Shown here piece after piece: positions 27,782 to 41,340 of a stretch of DNA of 64,000 bases. The stretch comes from Octopus sinensis. Taxonomy: Eukaryota. The DNA is taken from positions 163,308,001-163,372,000 of the forward strand of contig NC_042998.1 of assembly GCF_006345805.1 (NCBI RefSeq), in the 5' to 3' direction. The position numbers and the translations under genes were made by a program. Numbering within the stretch: the stretch's first letter is position 1; the number at the start of each line of letters is the position of its first letter. The notes under the pieces are model-generated. The model saw nothing but the letters and a program-made list of their open reading frames with translations, ran no database searches and was not told where the DNA came from.

Positions 27782-28033
27782 CTATGGTAAATGACGATGT
27801 TGGTATTGCAAAATTTGCTTTGTAGTTATTTTGTTAAAGTTGATAGAACCAGAAGTGGTGGCAGTGGCAGCGTCAACGCTGGTGATTGTAGCAGTGATAG
27901 TAGTGTGGTGGTGGTGCTGCTGCTTGTGATAGTTATTAATGTGGGTACTGTACTGGAAGGTGTGAGGTCGGGCCAGGATTGAAGTTTCGTCTCCACTCAC
28001 TTCTTCCAACTTCTCTTCCACAACATCAGGGCA
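27782..28033 (-). CDS. Candidate terminal coding exon of an unidentified host gene (CPDVVEEKLEEVSGDETSILARPHTFQY..QHRHLP*)
   Basis: Pyrimidine-rich acceptor tttctccctcccacaaccattccAG, then 84 open codons to TAG in mostly non-repetitive sequence, then A-rich UTR-like sequence. No homology recognised. Confidence 0.4.
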   Translation of the reverse strand, partial: CPDVVEEKLEEVSGDETSILARPHTFQYSTHINNYHKQQHHHHTTITATITSVDAATATTSGSINFNKITTKQILQYQHRHLP

Positions 28034-28563
28034 CTGGAATGGTTGTGGGAGGGAGAAACGTTACATGTGGTGTGTGTGTGTGTGTGTGTGTGTGGTGCTA
28101 TAAAGATGGTAGTGAGATTGTGGATAAGACTGATCCATTTCATTAATCTATATATATAAAAATATTTTTTTTAAATTACTTGCACTGAAACAAAAAAATA
28201 TGCTAACAAAATAAATAAAGACTTTTAAAAAATTAGGTATCAAAAATAAAACACAAAAACACAAATACAGTCAACAGCAACAGTGGTGGGGAAGAGCAAC
28301 AACAATTACAGTTGATTCTTGTAATTATTGCCAATATTTAACTCGTTTTTACATCAGTATCTGTTGTTAATGAGTGTGAAAATAAATATCATCACACAAG
28401 TTTGATTTGGTCTTTTGATTTAATTATTGCAGTAATAGTGAAAGGATTCAACCTCTCTTGGTAATCTCTCTATTTATCTATATGTATGTATGTCTGTCTG
28501 TCTGTATGTATGTATGTATGTATGTATGTGTGTGTGTATGTATGTGTGTATGTATGTTGGTAC

Positions 28564-28594
<31 letters not shown>

Positions 28595-28926
28595 TGTATG
28601 CATGTATGTATGTGTGTGTATGTATGTGCATGTGTATGTATGTTAGTGTGTATGTATGTATGTATGTATATATGTATGTATGTATATATATGTATGTATG
28701 TATGTATGTATTAATAAATAGATAGACAGACTGTCAGACAAACAGATAGATAGATAGACAGACAGACATAGATTGATAGATAGAGAGATAGATGGATGGA
28801 TAGATAGATAGATACATACGTACATAGATACATACATACATACACATACATACATACATACATACATGCATGCATACATACATACACACATACATACATA
28901 CATACATACATACATACATACATACA

Positions 28927-28958
<32 letters not shown>

Positions 28959-28959
28959 A

Positions 28960-29122
28960 GGTGCAATCATGATTATGTGGTTGAGAAGTGTGCCTCCCAA
29001 CCATGTGGTTTTCGGTTCAATCTCACCCTGTGGTACCTTGAAGAAGTGTGTTCTTCAATAGCCCTGGACCAACCAAAGCCTTGTCAGTTGATTTGGTAGA
29101 CAGAAACCAAAAGAAACCCATC
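28960..29122 (+). mobile_element. Major tRNA SINE, 5' half
   Basis: Matches the 53234 family. Confidence 0.75.
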
Positions 29123-31272
29123 ATATATATACACATACATATATGTGTGTGTGTAACAGTTATATAACAAGCTGGCTTGGTTCCATGCAACTTAAAGTTT
29201 TGTGGGCTCATAAAACAAACCTAGCTCTTCAGGCTTAGATAACTGAATGAATACATAGTGGGAAATTAAGATTTACATCTGTATAAATATCTAGTTCCCA
29301 CATACATTTCACCAGTGCAGTTAAATTGAATGATTCAAGGGCATTTGGATGCTCAACTGCAGAGGATAATAAAGAGAACACTTTATTGCATTCTGTTAGA
29401 GATCAGTTACACAAAACATGCATATTTATGGGTGTGTTTGTGCTTCTTTCTCTTGACATCATATAGTAGTTGTAAATGAACATCAGCATTATACTAATGG
29501 AGTAATTCATTTCTAGTCTTACATAAAAACATGTCTAACCATGGAGAAATATTAACTGGCTTGAAAACAGGTAAAAGTTGCAGACAGGAAAAGCATTCAG
29601 CTGCAGAAAATAAACTTCAATGAACTCCATTGAACCCATGCAAGCATGGAAAAATGAACACCAAAGCAATGACGATAATAATGATGTATATTATTTTATG
29701 TGTCTACCAATACAGAGGGCTAACACTCCGGAGAGAAATACCAGAACATAGAGTGCTGTTTGTCAGGGAGGCAGTATGGGTGACAAGAGGAGCAGTGAGT
29801 GAGTCATGAGTGCATAAGTAAAAATGGGACTGTGATAAACAGAGGCTACTTTAGTAGTGGTAGAAAAAAGAGAGTACTCAGCATATTTGTGTGCCCCAAG
29901 TTGGAATGTATTTGTGAGTGACTTCTTTTATTTGAAAAGAGGAGCTTTTCCTGAAATATTATAGAATTGTTAAACAACTTATGTAAAGTAATGTTTCCAT
30001 TCAAAATGTTTTAAAAATATTTACATAACATTTATGAAGTTACTTAGAGCTGCTAATATTTCCTCCAAACTTTGCTTTTATTACATGTATTCAAATCCCA
30101 AAGATTCCTTCTCAACACATGGCTATGATGCTCCCCAACTACTCCTGCTCATGATCAGAGACACACATGTTGTTAGCCACTAAAGGACATGTTCAAGGGT
30201 TAAAGTCAAGGAATTGACAAGCAAATCTGAGGTATTGAGCAAATATTTATTATAATGCTTTTTCTGCTTCAGCAACACAGTGCTAAATGTGTCTGAAATG
30301 AAATGCAAAATAGTTCAGTTTCAAAATATTGATGTCCATGTCATAAAAGCAAAGTTTGAAGGGAATGGTGGTCACTTCCTTTAATTCCTAGGTAGAAGCA
30401 AGTAGGAAATAACACTTACTGATTATAATCAAATGCAAAAAATAAATGTTTTGTTACACAGTGGAATTTATCAGTCACTTAGTATTAGTGTAATTTATCA
30501 GTCACTTAGTATTTTACTTATGTCCAACAAGGTATTCCACTATGGTTTGGTGCTTGTAGCTATAAGTAACATCACAAATAATGTGTAAATAAAATAAATA
30601 TTTGCAAAACATTTTGAGCAATGCAGGTGAGGACTTATTCAAAATATGTGAGGTAATGTCAATGAATGGAAATATTATCTTATATAGGTTGCTTAATAAT
30701 CCTAATATATTTCAGGAAAATTCCCCTTTTTAAATAGAAGTTGCTCACAAATACATTTTTCATACTTTGTAGGGGTAACAGTTGCTACCCAAGGACGAAA
30801 ATTGTGTTATACAGTGTTATCTGACTGAAGTAAAATAATACAATTAAAAATAATAGAAATATGATCCACACCAGCTATGCACAGGCACACACAAAATAAG
30901 CATCAGTAATAAAATATATTATCATCCACTCCACGACCATTGTTTTTCATTATATTTTCTCTCTCACCCATTCCTCATTACTGACAAACCCTCACTCTCC
31001 CCATACACCCTTGAACTTCTGCTCCCCTTTATAATTCATCATCACTATTTCATCTCAGTATCCAGGTCCATCCTGGTTATTTCTATCCACTAAAATGTGA
31101 ACAGTCATGTAACTTCTTAAGAGCAAGAAAACCTACAATGTTCTGGATCCTATTTTTTTATACTTTGACCAATGATGAGAATAATATACATATATGTATA
31201 TGTGCATGTATGTGTGACTGTGTGTATGTATGTATGTATGTATGTATGTATGATGTATGTATGTATGTATGT

Positions 31273-31307
<35 letters not shown>

Positions 31308-31524
31308 TCTTTTATTCTTTTACTTGTTTCAATCATTTCACTGCAGCCATGCTGAAGCACTGCCTTTAGTTGAACATATCGACCCCTGGACTTATTCTTT
31401 GTAAGCTTAGTACTTATTCTATTCGACTTTTTTGCTGAACTGCTAAGTTGTGGGGATGTAAACACACAGGGACAAACACAGACACACAAACATATACAAG
31501 AGGAGGTGTGCCAGCAATATATAT

Positions 31525-31822
31525 ATAGAATGGTTGTATACTGTCAATCTAACACGAACGTGACAGTAGGGGGGTACACCACCGCTGTATAGCCCTAGGA
31601 AGCATCGACGCCTCCTGATGGCTTTGACACATTTTTCCCTGTGTCCTTATAGACATAAGGACACATTTTGACACATTTTTCCCTGTGTCCTTATATACAT
31701 AAAGACAGGGAAAAATGTGTCAAAGCCATCAGGAGGCGTCGATGCTTCCTAGGGCTATACAGCGGTGGTGTACCCCCCTACTGTCATGTTCGTGTTAGAT
31801 TGACAGTATACAACCATTCTAT
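31525..31822. mobile_element. Young fold-back MITE with ~118-bp TIRs
   Basis: 31525-31642 and 31705-31822 are reverse complements with one mismatch seen. The spacer holds a ~43-bp tandem duplication. Confidence 0.85.
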
Positions 31823-31874
31823 CGCCCCACCACCGTACATGTCTCTACGAGAGATTTAGAAATTTAGTATTTCT

Positions 31875-31905
<31 letters not shown>

Positions 31906-32741
31906 ATACACACACACAGAGGGAGAGAGTGAGGGAAAAGTGTGTGAGTTTGTGAATTTGTGTGTGTCTGTTCATGTAGATTAAGTTAATTTATATACAT
32001 GTGTTAGGGCACACATGCAGCACAGAATTAACTTCCTTGTTTGACTAACAAGGACTAAGCAGGAACATGTGTTTACACATTAAATGAAATTGTCATTACT
32101 CTGGGGAGACATGGACTCCAGTTCCATTAGATTCTTACATTTTGCTTCTTTTTTTTATATATATATATGTAATTATTACATCTCTACAACTATACAATTC
32201 TGCTTAAAATTTCAACAATTAATAATCATTATGTATGTGTTTATATGTATTTGGTTATGTGCATGTGTGTGTGCATGCACACATACACACACACACACGC
32301 ATATATATTGTTACAGCTTCTCTGAGAGAAAACTAGTTATGAAAAGATAACTTTTACTGTAGATTTTGCTAAATTCGGTTTCATTTCCTTTTCATCACTC
32401 TTTCGCACACACAAGTGTGTGTACATGTGAATATGTGTATGTGACTATATGAGTTTATATATGTGTGTGTGTATGTGTGTGCATATATACGTATATGCGT
32501 ATGAATGTGTATGTGCATAGATATATGTGTGCATCTGTATGAAAGCAGTTAAGTATGTTTCCATGTTCAATGATGCTAGTCATTCTGTCATAATTAGAGA
32601 TAGTGTATTTCAAATTTGAAGCTACCTATTCTCAATATTGCAGGCAAACATACAAATACTTTGCAACAGATCAAAGTAGCTGGACAGTTCTTTATTTGTT
32701 TCTTTGAACATAGTTATAATAATCTACACACACTCAAAGAT

Positions 32742-32782
<41 letters not shown>

Positions 32783-32801
32783 TATATGTATATATATGCA
32801 C

Positions 32802-32836
<35 letters not shown>

Positions 32837-32877
32837 CATATACATATATATATCTTTATGTATAGATATATATAATC

Positions 32878-32915
<38 letters not shown>

Positions 32916-33722
32916 GGATACTCACATATATGTATGTATATATATTTGTATATATACATATGTGTATATATATATATGTATGTGTGTGTGTGCATGTGTG
33001 TCTGTATGTATTCATGTATATATACATATAAATACATAAGTATATATACATACACACACACACATATATATATATAAATACATATATACACACACACAGA
33101 TATACATATATATACATACATATTTACATATATATATGTATGCATGCATCCACTCAGATGATGCATGCAGATGCCTATAAATGCATCAGAGTAGATTGTG
33201 TTGGGCTCAAGAAATCAATGCAAAATATATTGCATGATATCTTACATTCAATATCCCTGTATTGATGGCTAATTACAATTCAATAAAAAAAATAAACAAA
33301 CAAACAAACAGTAAAGATAACGACACACAAAAGAAATAAACGACGTTATGAGTCTCCCATAACATCAGTAAAGAATTAAGTGTTAGGGTTTTTTTTCCTT
33401 TTTTTTTTTACTTTTCTGTATCGTCTTCTATTGAATGCATAAAGGCAAAGAGTGCAGAAAAAGAGCTGTTGGTAAGTTTAGTTCCACCTAGCACGAAGAA
33501 GCAAATTCTAGTGTTTGGTTTTTGGTGCTGTTTTGTATTTTTGTTGTTATATATAAATATTGGTCACAAACTACCTTGATTTCATAATGAAAGGATTAAA
33601 AAAATTGTCTTCAGATTTAGCTTTCCATAAGTTTTATTTTCATTACAGACCATTTCATTCTAAGCCCTTGTCTTGTGTGTATGTAATGGTATGTCTCTGT
33701 GCATGTACATACATATATATAT

Positions 33723-33789
<67 letters not shown>

Positions 33790-33792
33790 CTA

Positions 33793-33827
<35 letters not shown>

Positions 33828-33840
33828 TCATCATCATCAT

Positions 33841-33882
<42 letters not shown>

Positions 33883-34637
33883 ATATATATATATATGTTG
33901 TTATATTTTGGAATGGTCATTTTGCCAGTTTAGCCAATAATATATAAACAAATATATAAGCGTATATATATATGTATATATATGTGTATATATATATATT
34001 TATAATATACATAGACTTATCTTAAAATCTTTTGCATGTTTCAGTCATTAGACTGTGGCCATACTGGAGTACTGCCTTAAAGAATTTTTAGTTGAATGTA
34101 TCAACCCTAATAGTTAGTTTTAAAAACCCAGTACTTATTCTATCAACCCCTTTTGCTGAACTGCTAAGCTATGGGGATATAAACTCACAGCAGCACCCGT
34201 TGTGAAGTGGTGGTGAGGGGACAAAGGCATACACACATACACACAAACACACACATATATACATATATATATATATATATATTGATAAAACGGTAAGATA
34301 ACAAAAGAAAGAAAGAGACCTCAATATTATGTAAATAGAGGAAATTTATCTATACAATATGTTACATTACTCGGTAGTCAAGATAAAACTCTGAGTTTCA
34401 GATGCCGAAGTGGAAATCCACAACACCATCTCTTCGGTTATCTGGCTATTTGAAAACGTTATGAAAAAATACCGTTAAAAATGAAGGGAAATTACTCTGT
34501 TATAGCTCTGCTTTGCCTGTGTACTTATACATCGCTCGCATTTTTCGTCATAAAAATTATATAAAAATACATAAAAATATATAAAAATATATAAAAATAT
34601 ATAAAATCTTCTTGGGACATTACACAGAAAGCATGTT

Positions 34638-35335
34638 CTATCCGTTTTCTTTAGGGGACCAAAAACGTAACAGAAATTTAGTCACATGTGGGCATGATCC
34701 GAAAAGCTCTGTCCTTGTATTTAGACATGTGGTAGGGTCTAAGCTGCTTTTCCAGATAAGCCATCTCTCCATGTCGCATAAACCGCACCTTCCGCTGCCG
34801 TTGGTATAGGGCTTACATCTGGCCAAAATCTTCCATTGTATGTTATAATCGACACCTTTATCTCTTAAAGACCAAATATGATTGGATAATTGTGTCGCTT
34901 TTCTTTTGTTCCAGTGCCTAAAGCTCAAAGTGTGGTTATTGAACCTGGCCTTGAAATTACCCTCTGTCAGGCCCACGTATTTCTTCGTCGAAACGGTGTC
35001 TTTAGTGGTTATAGAGTTTACGGTAGCTTCATATATGATGGTCTTGGACATGCAAGCTCCATTTAGCAGGCACAATTCTTTATTCCTGCATGAACAGCTG
35101 TTTTCTTCTTGTGTTTTTTGTATGTTATGATTGATTATGTTTTTATTTTGAATACTATAGGGGGATGGCATGAACCTACATTAATATAACTTAGTCTATC
35201 ATTGGGCTTCCTATAAGGCTTATAAATATTATTATTAAGATCTAAGGAAACGTCTAAGAAATTGACAACCGTCAGGTTAGTGTCTATAGTTATACTAAGT
35301 CCGAAGTGTTTCATTAACTGGATAATATCCTTCCT
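34638..35335 (-). pseudogene. Inverted copy of the same PLE ORF with a ~335-bp internal deletion
   Basis: ORFs 34638..35171 and 35135..35344 duplicate the + strand protein. Confidence 0.9.
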
Positions 35336-35343
35336 AAAAGACA

Positions 35344-36456
35344 TTCCCTAACGTACATTTCGCTATCTACAAAGATGATGCCCTCGCCTTAACAGCTAAT
35401 ACAAATGGACCAGCACAAGATCGTTTTAGGAAGGATATTATCCAGTTAATGAAACACTTCGGACTTAGTATAACTATAGACACTAACCTGACGGTTGTCA
35501 ATTTCTTAGACGTTTCCTTAGATCTTATAATAATATTTATAAGCCTTATAGAAGCCCAATGATAGACTAAGTTATATTAATGTAGGTTCATGCCATCCCC
35601 TATAGTATTCAAAAATTTAGTTAAAAATATTAGTAAGAGGATTTCTAGCCTCTCATCTAATGAGGACATCTTCAATAGCGTTGCCCCAGTTTATAATAAA
35701 GCTTTAAAAGATAGTGGTTTTAGCGAAAAAATAAAATATACACCTATCACCAGCCCAACAATAAGGAAAAGGAATAATAGAAATAGGAAGGTCATCTGGT
35801 TTACGCCCCCTTACTCACCCGAGGTGGCCTTCAATATAGGTAAATATTTCCTAGCACTGATAGATAGACATTTTCCAGTTAACCATGCTTACAGGAAACT
35901 CTTCAATAGTCACAATTTAAAAATTAGTTTTAGTTCAACTACCAATTTTAAAAACATAATCAATCATAACATACAAAAAACACAAGAAGAAAACAGCTGT
36001 TCATGCAGGAATAAAGAATTGTGCCCGCTAAATGGAGCTTGCATGTCCAAGACCATCATATATGAAGCTACCGTAAACTCTATAACCACTAAAGACACCG
36101 TTTCGACGAAGAAATACGTGGGCCTGACAGAGGGTAATTTCAAGGCCAGGTTCAATAACCACACTTTGAGCTTTAGGCACTGGAACAAAAGAAAAGCGAC
36201 ACAATTATCCAATCATATTTGGTCTTTAAGAGATAAAGGTGTCGATTATAACATACAATGGAAGATTTTGGCCAGATGTAAGCCCTATACCAACGGCAGC
36301 GGAAGGTGCGGTTTATGCGACATGGAGAGATGGCTTATCTGGAAAAGCAGCTTAGACCCTACCACATGTCTAAATACAAGGACAGAGCTTTTCGGATCAT
36401 GCCCACATGTGACTAAATTTCTGTTACGTTTTTGGTCCCCTAAAGAAAACGGATAG
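35344..36456 (+). CDS. PLE RT C-terminus plus GIY-YIG endonuclease (5'-truncated, two 1-bp deletions)
   Basis: IYKDD, VNFLDVSLDL, WFTPPYS, CSCRNKELCPLNGAC, IIY..YVGLTE..FKARFNNH, LSNHIW, CGLC, RTELFGSCPH. Confidence 0.9.
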
Positions 36457-36650
36457 AACATGCTTTCTGTGTAATGTCCCAAGAAGATTTTATATATTTT
36501 TATATATTTTTATATATTTTTATGTATTTTTATATAATTTTTATGACGAAAAATGCGAGCGATGTATAAGTACACAGGCAAAGCAGAGTTATAACAGAGT
36601 AATTTCCCTTCATTTTTAACGGTATTTTTTCATAACGTTTTCAAATAGCC

Positions 36651-36713
36651 AGATAACCGAAGAGATGGTGTTGTGGATTTCCACTTCGGCATCTGAAACT
36701 CAGAGTTTTATCT
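36651..36713 (+). ncRNA. HHR-like motif in the PLE 3' pLTR (inverted twin at 34381-34443)
   Basis: agataa-CCGAAGA-gatg..catc-t-GAAA-ctcagag-TT-ttatct. Confidence 0.6.
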
Positions 36714-36770
36714 TGACTACCGAGTAATGTAACATATTGTAATAGATATATATATATATATATATATATA

Positions 36771-37152
36771 GATAAGAATGTTGGTTTGTGAAAGCACATG
36801 GTTGAATATATAGAAAATAGTATAAAGTGAAAAAACTACAGAAGGCTTGTTTTAAAAGGTTAAAGAATACATATTTAAGTCAATATGTCTGAAGAATATT
36901 ATAAATTTTTTTCTTACAATGACATAGTTTAGAAGAAAGACCGGTTTCGCGTTTAGCTTTTCAAATTTCTTACGTCGTTATGTTTATGTTGAGAAGAGTT
37001 ATCATTATGTTTATGCTGAAAAGAGTTCTAATTTCTTCTAAACTATGTCATTGTAAGAAAAAAATTTATAATATTCTTCAGACATATTGACTTAAATATG
37101 TATTCTTTAACCTTTTAAAACAAGCCTTCTGTAGTTTTTTCACTTTTTACTA

Positions 37153-37159
<7 letters not shown>
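36771..37159. mobile_element. Solo pLTR fold-back of the 62-64 kb PLE family
   Basis: Arms 36812-36938 and 37032-37159 are near-perfect inverted repeats, homologous to 62030-62240. Confidence 0.8.
36933..36971 (-). ncRNA. Minimal HHR with U3:A8 core
   Basis: aagaaa-t-TTGAAAA-gc-taaac-gc-GAAA-ccgg-TC-tttctt. Confidence 0.6.
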
Positions 37160-37229
<70 letters not shown>

Positions 37230-37899
37230 TATCATATATATATATATACAACAGGCTTCTTTCAGTTTCCATCTACCAAATCGATTCACAAGGTTTTGGT
37301 CAGCCTGAAGATGTAGCAGAAGGCACTTGCCCAAGGTGTCATACAGTGGGACTGAACCCAAGCCTTGTGATCGGGAAGCAAGTTTATTACCACACATCCA
37401 CACCTGTGCCTATAAATATACATATATATATATATATATATATTACTTTTTACTTCTTTCAGTTATTGGACTGTGACCATGCTGGGGCACCGCCTTAAAG
37501 AGTTTTCCTCAAATGACTAGATTTTGTTTTTTTAAGCATCCTTATACTTATATATACATGTGTATGTATATATGTCTGTATGTGCATGTGTGTGTATATG
37601 TATGTCAAGGTTTAGATGTTGCATGCGTGTGTGATTGTGTGTAGTATAAATACATTTAACAATTGAACATTACGCATTATCTCTGCTGTCTTAATGGCAA
37701 TGCTGCATTTGAAAATATCACCTTCTAGTCTGTATTGTACAATATATATATATATATATATATATATTGTAGTTGTGGGTGAGCCCCCTTAGTCTCCTGG
37801 CAACCAATATTTTTTTACCCAGTCTTCCGTTGTATATATATATATATAGCTAGTTTTAAAATCTCTAAACAAGATGTAAATAATAACAATATTAGATGG

Positions 37900-38640
37900 T
37901 TACGTTTTTTTGCCCCTATTATATGGCTGATACACAAGCAATGGCTTTAACTTAAAATCTCCTGCACAATTACCTCCCAACATAATGGTCACATGTTCTT
38001 TTGAGACCCTGTAGCCTGGAATAGTTTTTTCCTTGGAAATGAATGAACAGTCTAGCAATTTTTTCCAATACAATTCAGTTTTGTCTATGTTAAAAATCTG
38101 TTCAGGAAGAAACCCGCTTTCTTCGCTGATTTTCATTGATGCATTAGGAAATTCCATTGCTACTTGTTTGTCAGCTGATGCACTTTCACCTTGCTTCTTA
38201 ATGGAGTGATAACTTCTTCGCTCTTTAAATCTCAAGAACCATCCTTGATTTGCCTTGAACTCTACATCTATCTCATCTGGATATTTTTTCTTCAGGTCCT
38301 CAAACAAAGACGACGCTTTCTCTAGAATGATTTCTTGACTAATAATAAGCACACTGGCGATTCAACCTAACAATCCAAAGAAAAAGAAGACTTCCCATTT
38401 CTTCAAAGATTTTGCCTCTTTCCTTATAGATGACAGTGTTCTTCATCCCTCGAGCTTCAGATTTGATATATGCTAAAATCTTGTCATTATCTACAATCAT
38501 TGATACAGTTGCCCAACTCATCCCAAAAGATCGTGCAATTGCTACCACTTTTTCACACCTTTTTCATGGCATTTTATCCTAGACAGTTTATCTTCCAGCG
38601 TTGTAGCAAGATGCTTTGTACTTTCACTATGAATTACCTT
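37900..38640 (-). pseudogene. Tigger/pogo transposase fragment (HTH-psq, CENP-B-like HTH, start of DDE domain), frameshifted and truncated
   Basis: IARSFGMSWATVSMI, FKANQGWFLRFKER, GESASAD, PEQIFNIDKTELYWK, SKEHVTIMLGGNCAGDFKLKPLLVY. Confidence 0.9.
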
Positions 38641-39079
38641 AGAAGCCAGGGGGGCAAAAAATAAAGTCACAAGTGATTAAAAATGAGAAAGTAGCCAATA
38701 AACAGATGTAAACAAATCTGAATTCAAAACAATCGTGGGAATCACAAGTGATAACGACACCTAACAGTAGATATTGGAACTACACTGCAATATGAACTGA
38801 TAAATAAGACAACACAGCTGATTTCATGATTCTGTTCACTAAGCTACACAACTTTATGATGTGTATCTTAACATTTACTGTACATATTTTAATATGATTT
38901 TATATTCTTGTATTCTTATTTATTGTACAGTAACATGATTTTATGTGCTTTAAATGGTTTTCTGGAGATTTTACGATTCTAATATTTGTGGTGGACAGGC
39001 ATAAAGTCGACTTGATTTTTATTTTTCCATGTATTATTTCTGAAAACTGACGTATAATCAAGAATGACTTAAGTTGAGT

Positions 39080-40038
39080 AATGCTTGAAATGAAAGAAAT
39101 GAAGCTAGTATGATCCACTGAATGTGTAATGTCAGTGTGCACACATGACAGTGTAAGCACCCTGAGAGAAATGTTGGACATAAGAAGCATCAGATGTGGT
39201 GTGCAAGAGAGATGACTGCACTGCTATGGTCATGTGCTACGTATGGATGAGGAGAGCTGTGTGAAGACGTGTCATTCCCTAACAGTGAAAGTAACCCGTG
39301 GAAGAGGGAGACCCAGGAAGACCTAGGATGAGGTGGTGAAGCATGACCTTCAAATGTTGGGCCTCACAGAGGCAATGACAAAAGACCAAGATCTCTGGAG
39401 ATATACTGTGATTGAGAAGACCCAGCAAGTAAAGTGAGATCACAGCCATAGCCTATACCAGTGTCACATAACCAGTCCATTTAAAAAGTACCTTTGAATC
39501 GTTGAATGACACGCCATGCTTGAGGAGACCTATTGGATTAACTAAAATCAAAATCAAAATCAAAATAAAAAATCATATCACAATCAAATGGAAATTGCAA
39601 TTGTGGGTGATGCCAGTGCCACCTGACTGGCTTTCATGCTGGTGACACGCAATAAGCACTATTCATGCATGGGTCGTTGCCAGAGCCATCTTACTGGCTC
39701 TCCATGCCGGTGGCATGTAAAAAGCACCATCCAAACATGGTCAATGCCAGCCCCCCACCTCCCCGAAAGACTCCTGTGCCAGTAGCACATACAAAGCAAC
39801 ATCTGAACGTGGCCGATGCCAGTGCCACCTGACTGACTCTCATGTTGATGGCACATAAAATGCACCCACTACACTCTCAGAGTGGTTGGCATTAGAAAGG
39901 GCATCCAGCTGTAGAAACATTGCCAGATCAGATTGGAGCCTGGAGAAGCTACCTGGCTTGCCAGTCCCCAGTCAAACTGTCCAACCCATACCAGCCTGGA
40001 AAACGGACGTTAAACGATGATGATGATGATGATGATGA
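39080..40038 (+). mobile_element. RTE LINE 3' fragment (ORF end, UTR, (GAT)n)
   Basis: ERNEASM..CNVSV, GRGRPRKT, VVKHDL, then the standard tail. Confidence 0.85.
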
Positions 40039-40363
40039 TATATATATATATATATTATATTTTGGACTAATGGTATATGTCAATTAGTGTGTTGAAGTGT
40101 TGAGTAGAGCACTGACACAGTTTGGGCAACCTAGTGTCATCCACAGTTGGGATATATTTCCATTGGATCTACTTCAGGAACTCCGCAGTGTTAGTTGAGA
40201 TAATAATAATAATTTCTTAAGTAACCAGAAGATGGATTTGGTATTAATCTTTATTTTGTACAACTGTTGTTTCAACCCATCCTGCCACTGTCCCTCATGG
40301 GCATATAACACCATGACAGCTGAAACTCAGGATCTTTAGAGAGACACAATTTTATGTATTGAC

Positions 40364-40463
40364 GTACCTGATGAGACCCAGACTGAAAAATGGATGCAAT
40401 GCATGTTGAATGGAGTCCCACCCATAAGGGACAGTATTAGGATGGTCGAAAAGACCGTTGTAC
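40364..40463 (+). ncRNA. HHR motif with long stem II inside a fold-back (40201-40520)
   Basis: gtac-CTGATGA-gacc..ggtc-GAAA-agaccg-TT-gtac. Arms ~40201-40301 and ~40422-40520 are inverted. Confidence 0.6.
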
Positions 40464-40716
40464 AAAATAAAGGTTATTACCAAATTTATCTCCTGGTTAC
40501 TTAAGAAATTATGATTATTATATAAATATGTATATATATATATACACAATGGGATTCTTTCAGTTTCCATCAACCAAATCTACTCATAAGACTAGTTGAC
40601 TTGGGGCTAGAGTATTACTTGCTTAAGGTGCCATGCAGTGAAACTGAATCCCAAACCATTTAACTGGGAAGCAATCTTCTTAACCATGCAGCTATGCCTG
40701 CATCTATGTATATATA

Positions 40717-41340
40717 GGTGCAGGTGTAGTTTTGTGGTAAGGAATTTGCTTCCAAACAGCATGGTTCTGGGTTCAGTCCCACTGCATGATATCTTGGGTA
40801 AGTATCTTCATGTATAGCTTCTGGCCAACCAAAGCATTTTAACTGGATTTTGAAACTGAAAGAATCCCATTATGTGTGTGTGTATGTGTATGTGTGTGTG
40901 TGTATGTCTCTGTGCATATGTTTGTCCCCCACCTATTTCTTTACTACCCACAAGGGGCTAAACATAGAGGGGACAAACAAGGTCAGACACATGGATTAAG
41001 TCGATTATATCGACCCCAGTGAGTAACTGGTACTTATTTAATCAATCCCGAAAGGATGAAAGGCAAGGTCAACCTCGGCAGAATTTGAACTCAGAACATA
41101 ATGGCAGACGAAATACAGCTAAGCATTTTGCCCGGCATGCTAACGTTTCTGCCAGCTTGCCGCCACCACATGACAACTATTATTGCTTCATTTCCATCCC
41201 CATAACTTAGTGGTTCAGCAAAAGACTGATAGAATTAGTACTAGGCTTTTAAAAAAAGTACTGGGGTCGATTTGGTTGACTAAAATTCTTCAAGGCAGTG
41301 CCCCAAAATAGCTACAGTCAAATGACCAAAACAAGTAAAT
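40717..41340 (+). mobile_element. Major SINE interrupted by a minus-strand SINE of another family (40935-41164)
   Basis: The host resumes after the insert. The insert reads GGCGGCAAGCTGGCAGAAACGTTAGC..GAGTTCAAATTC on the minus strand. Older copies of the insert family lie at 23.4-24.8 kb and 42.7-42.9 kb. Confidence 0.8.

Larger units (their letters stand above)
34283..36741. mobile_element. Young 5'-truncated Penelope-like element in head-to-head inverted arrangement
   Basis: ~34351-35148 is the reverse complement of ~35948-36741, and ~35149-35335 of ~35428-35612. Flanked by (TA)n on both sides. Confidence 0.92.
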
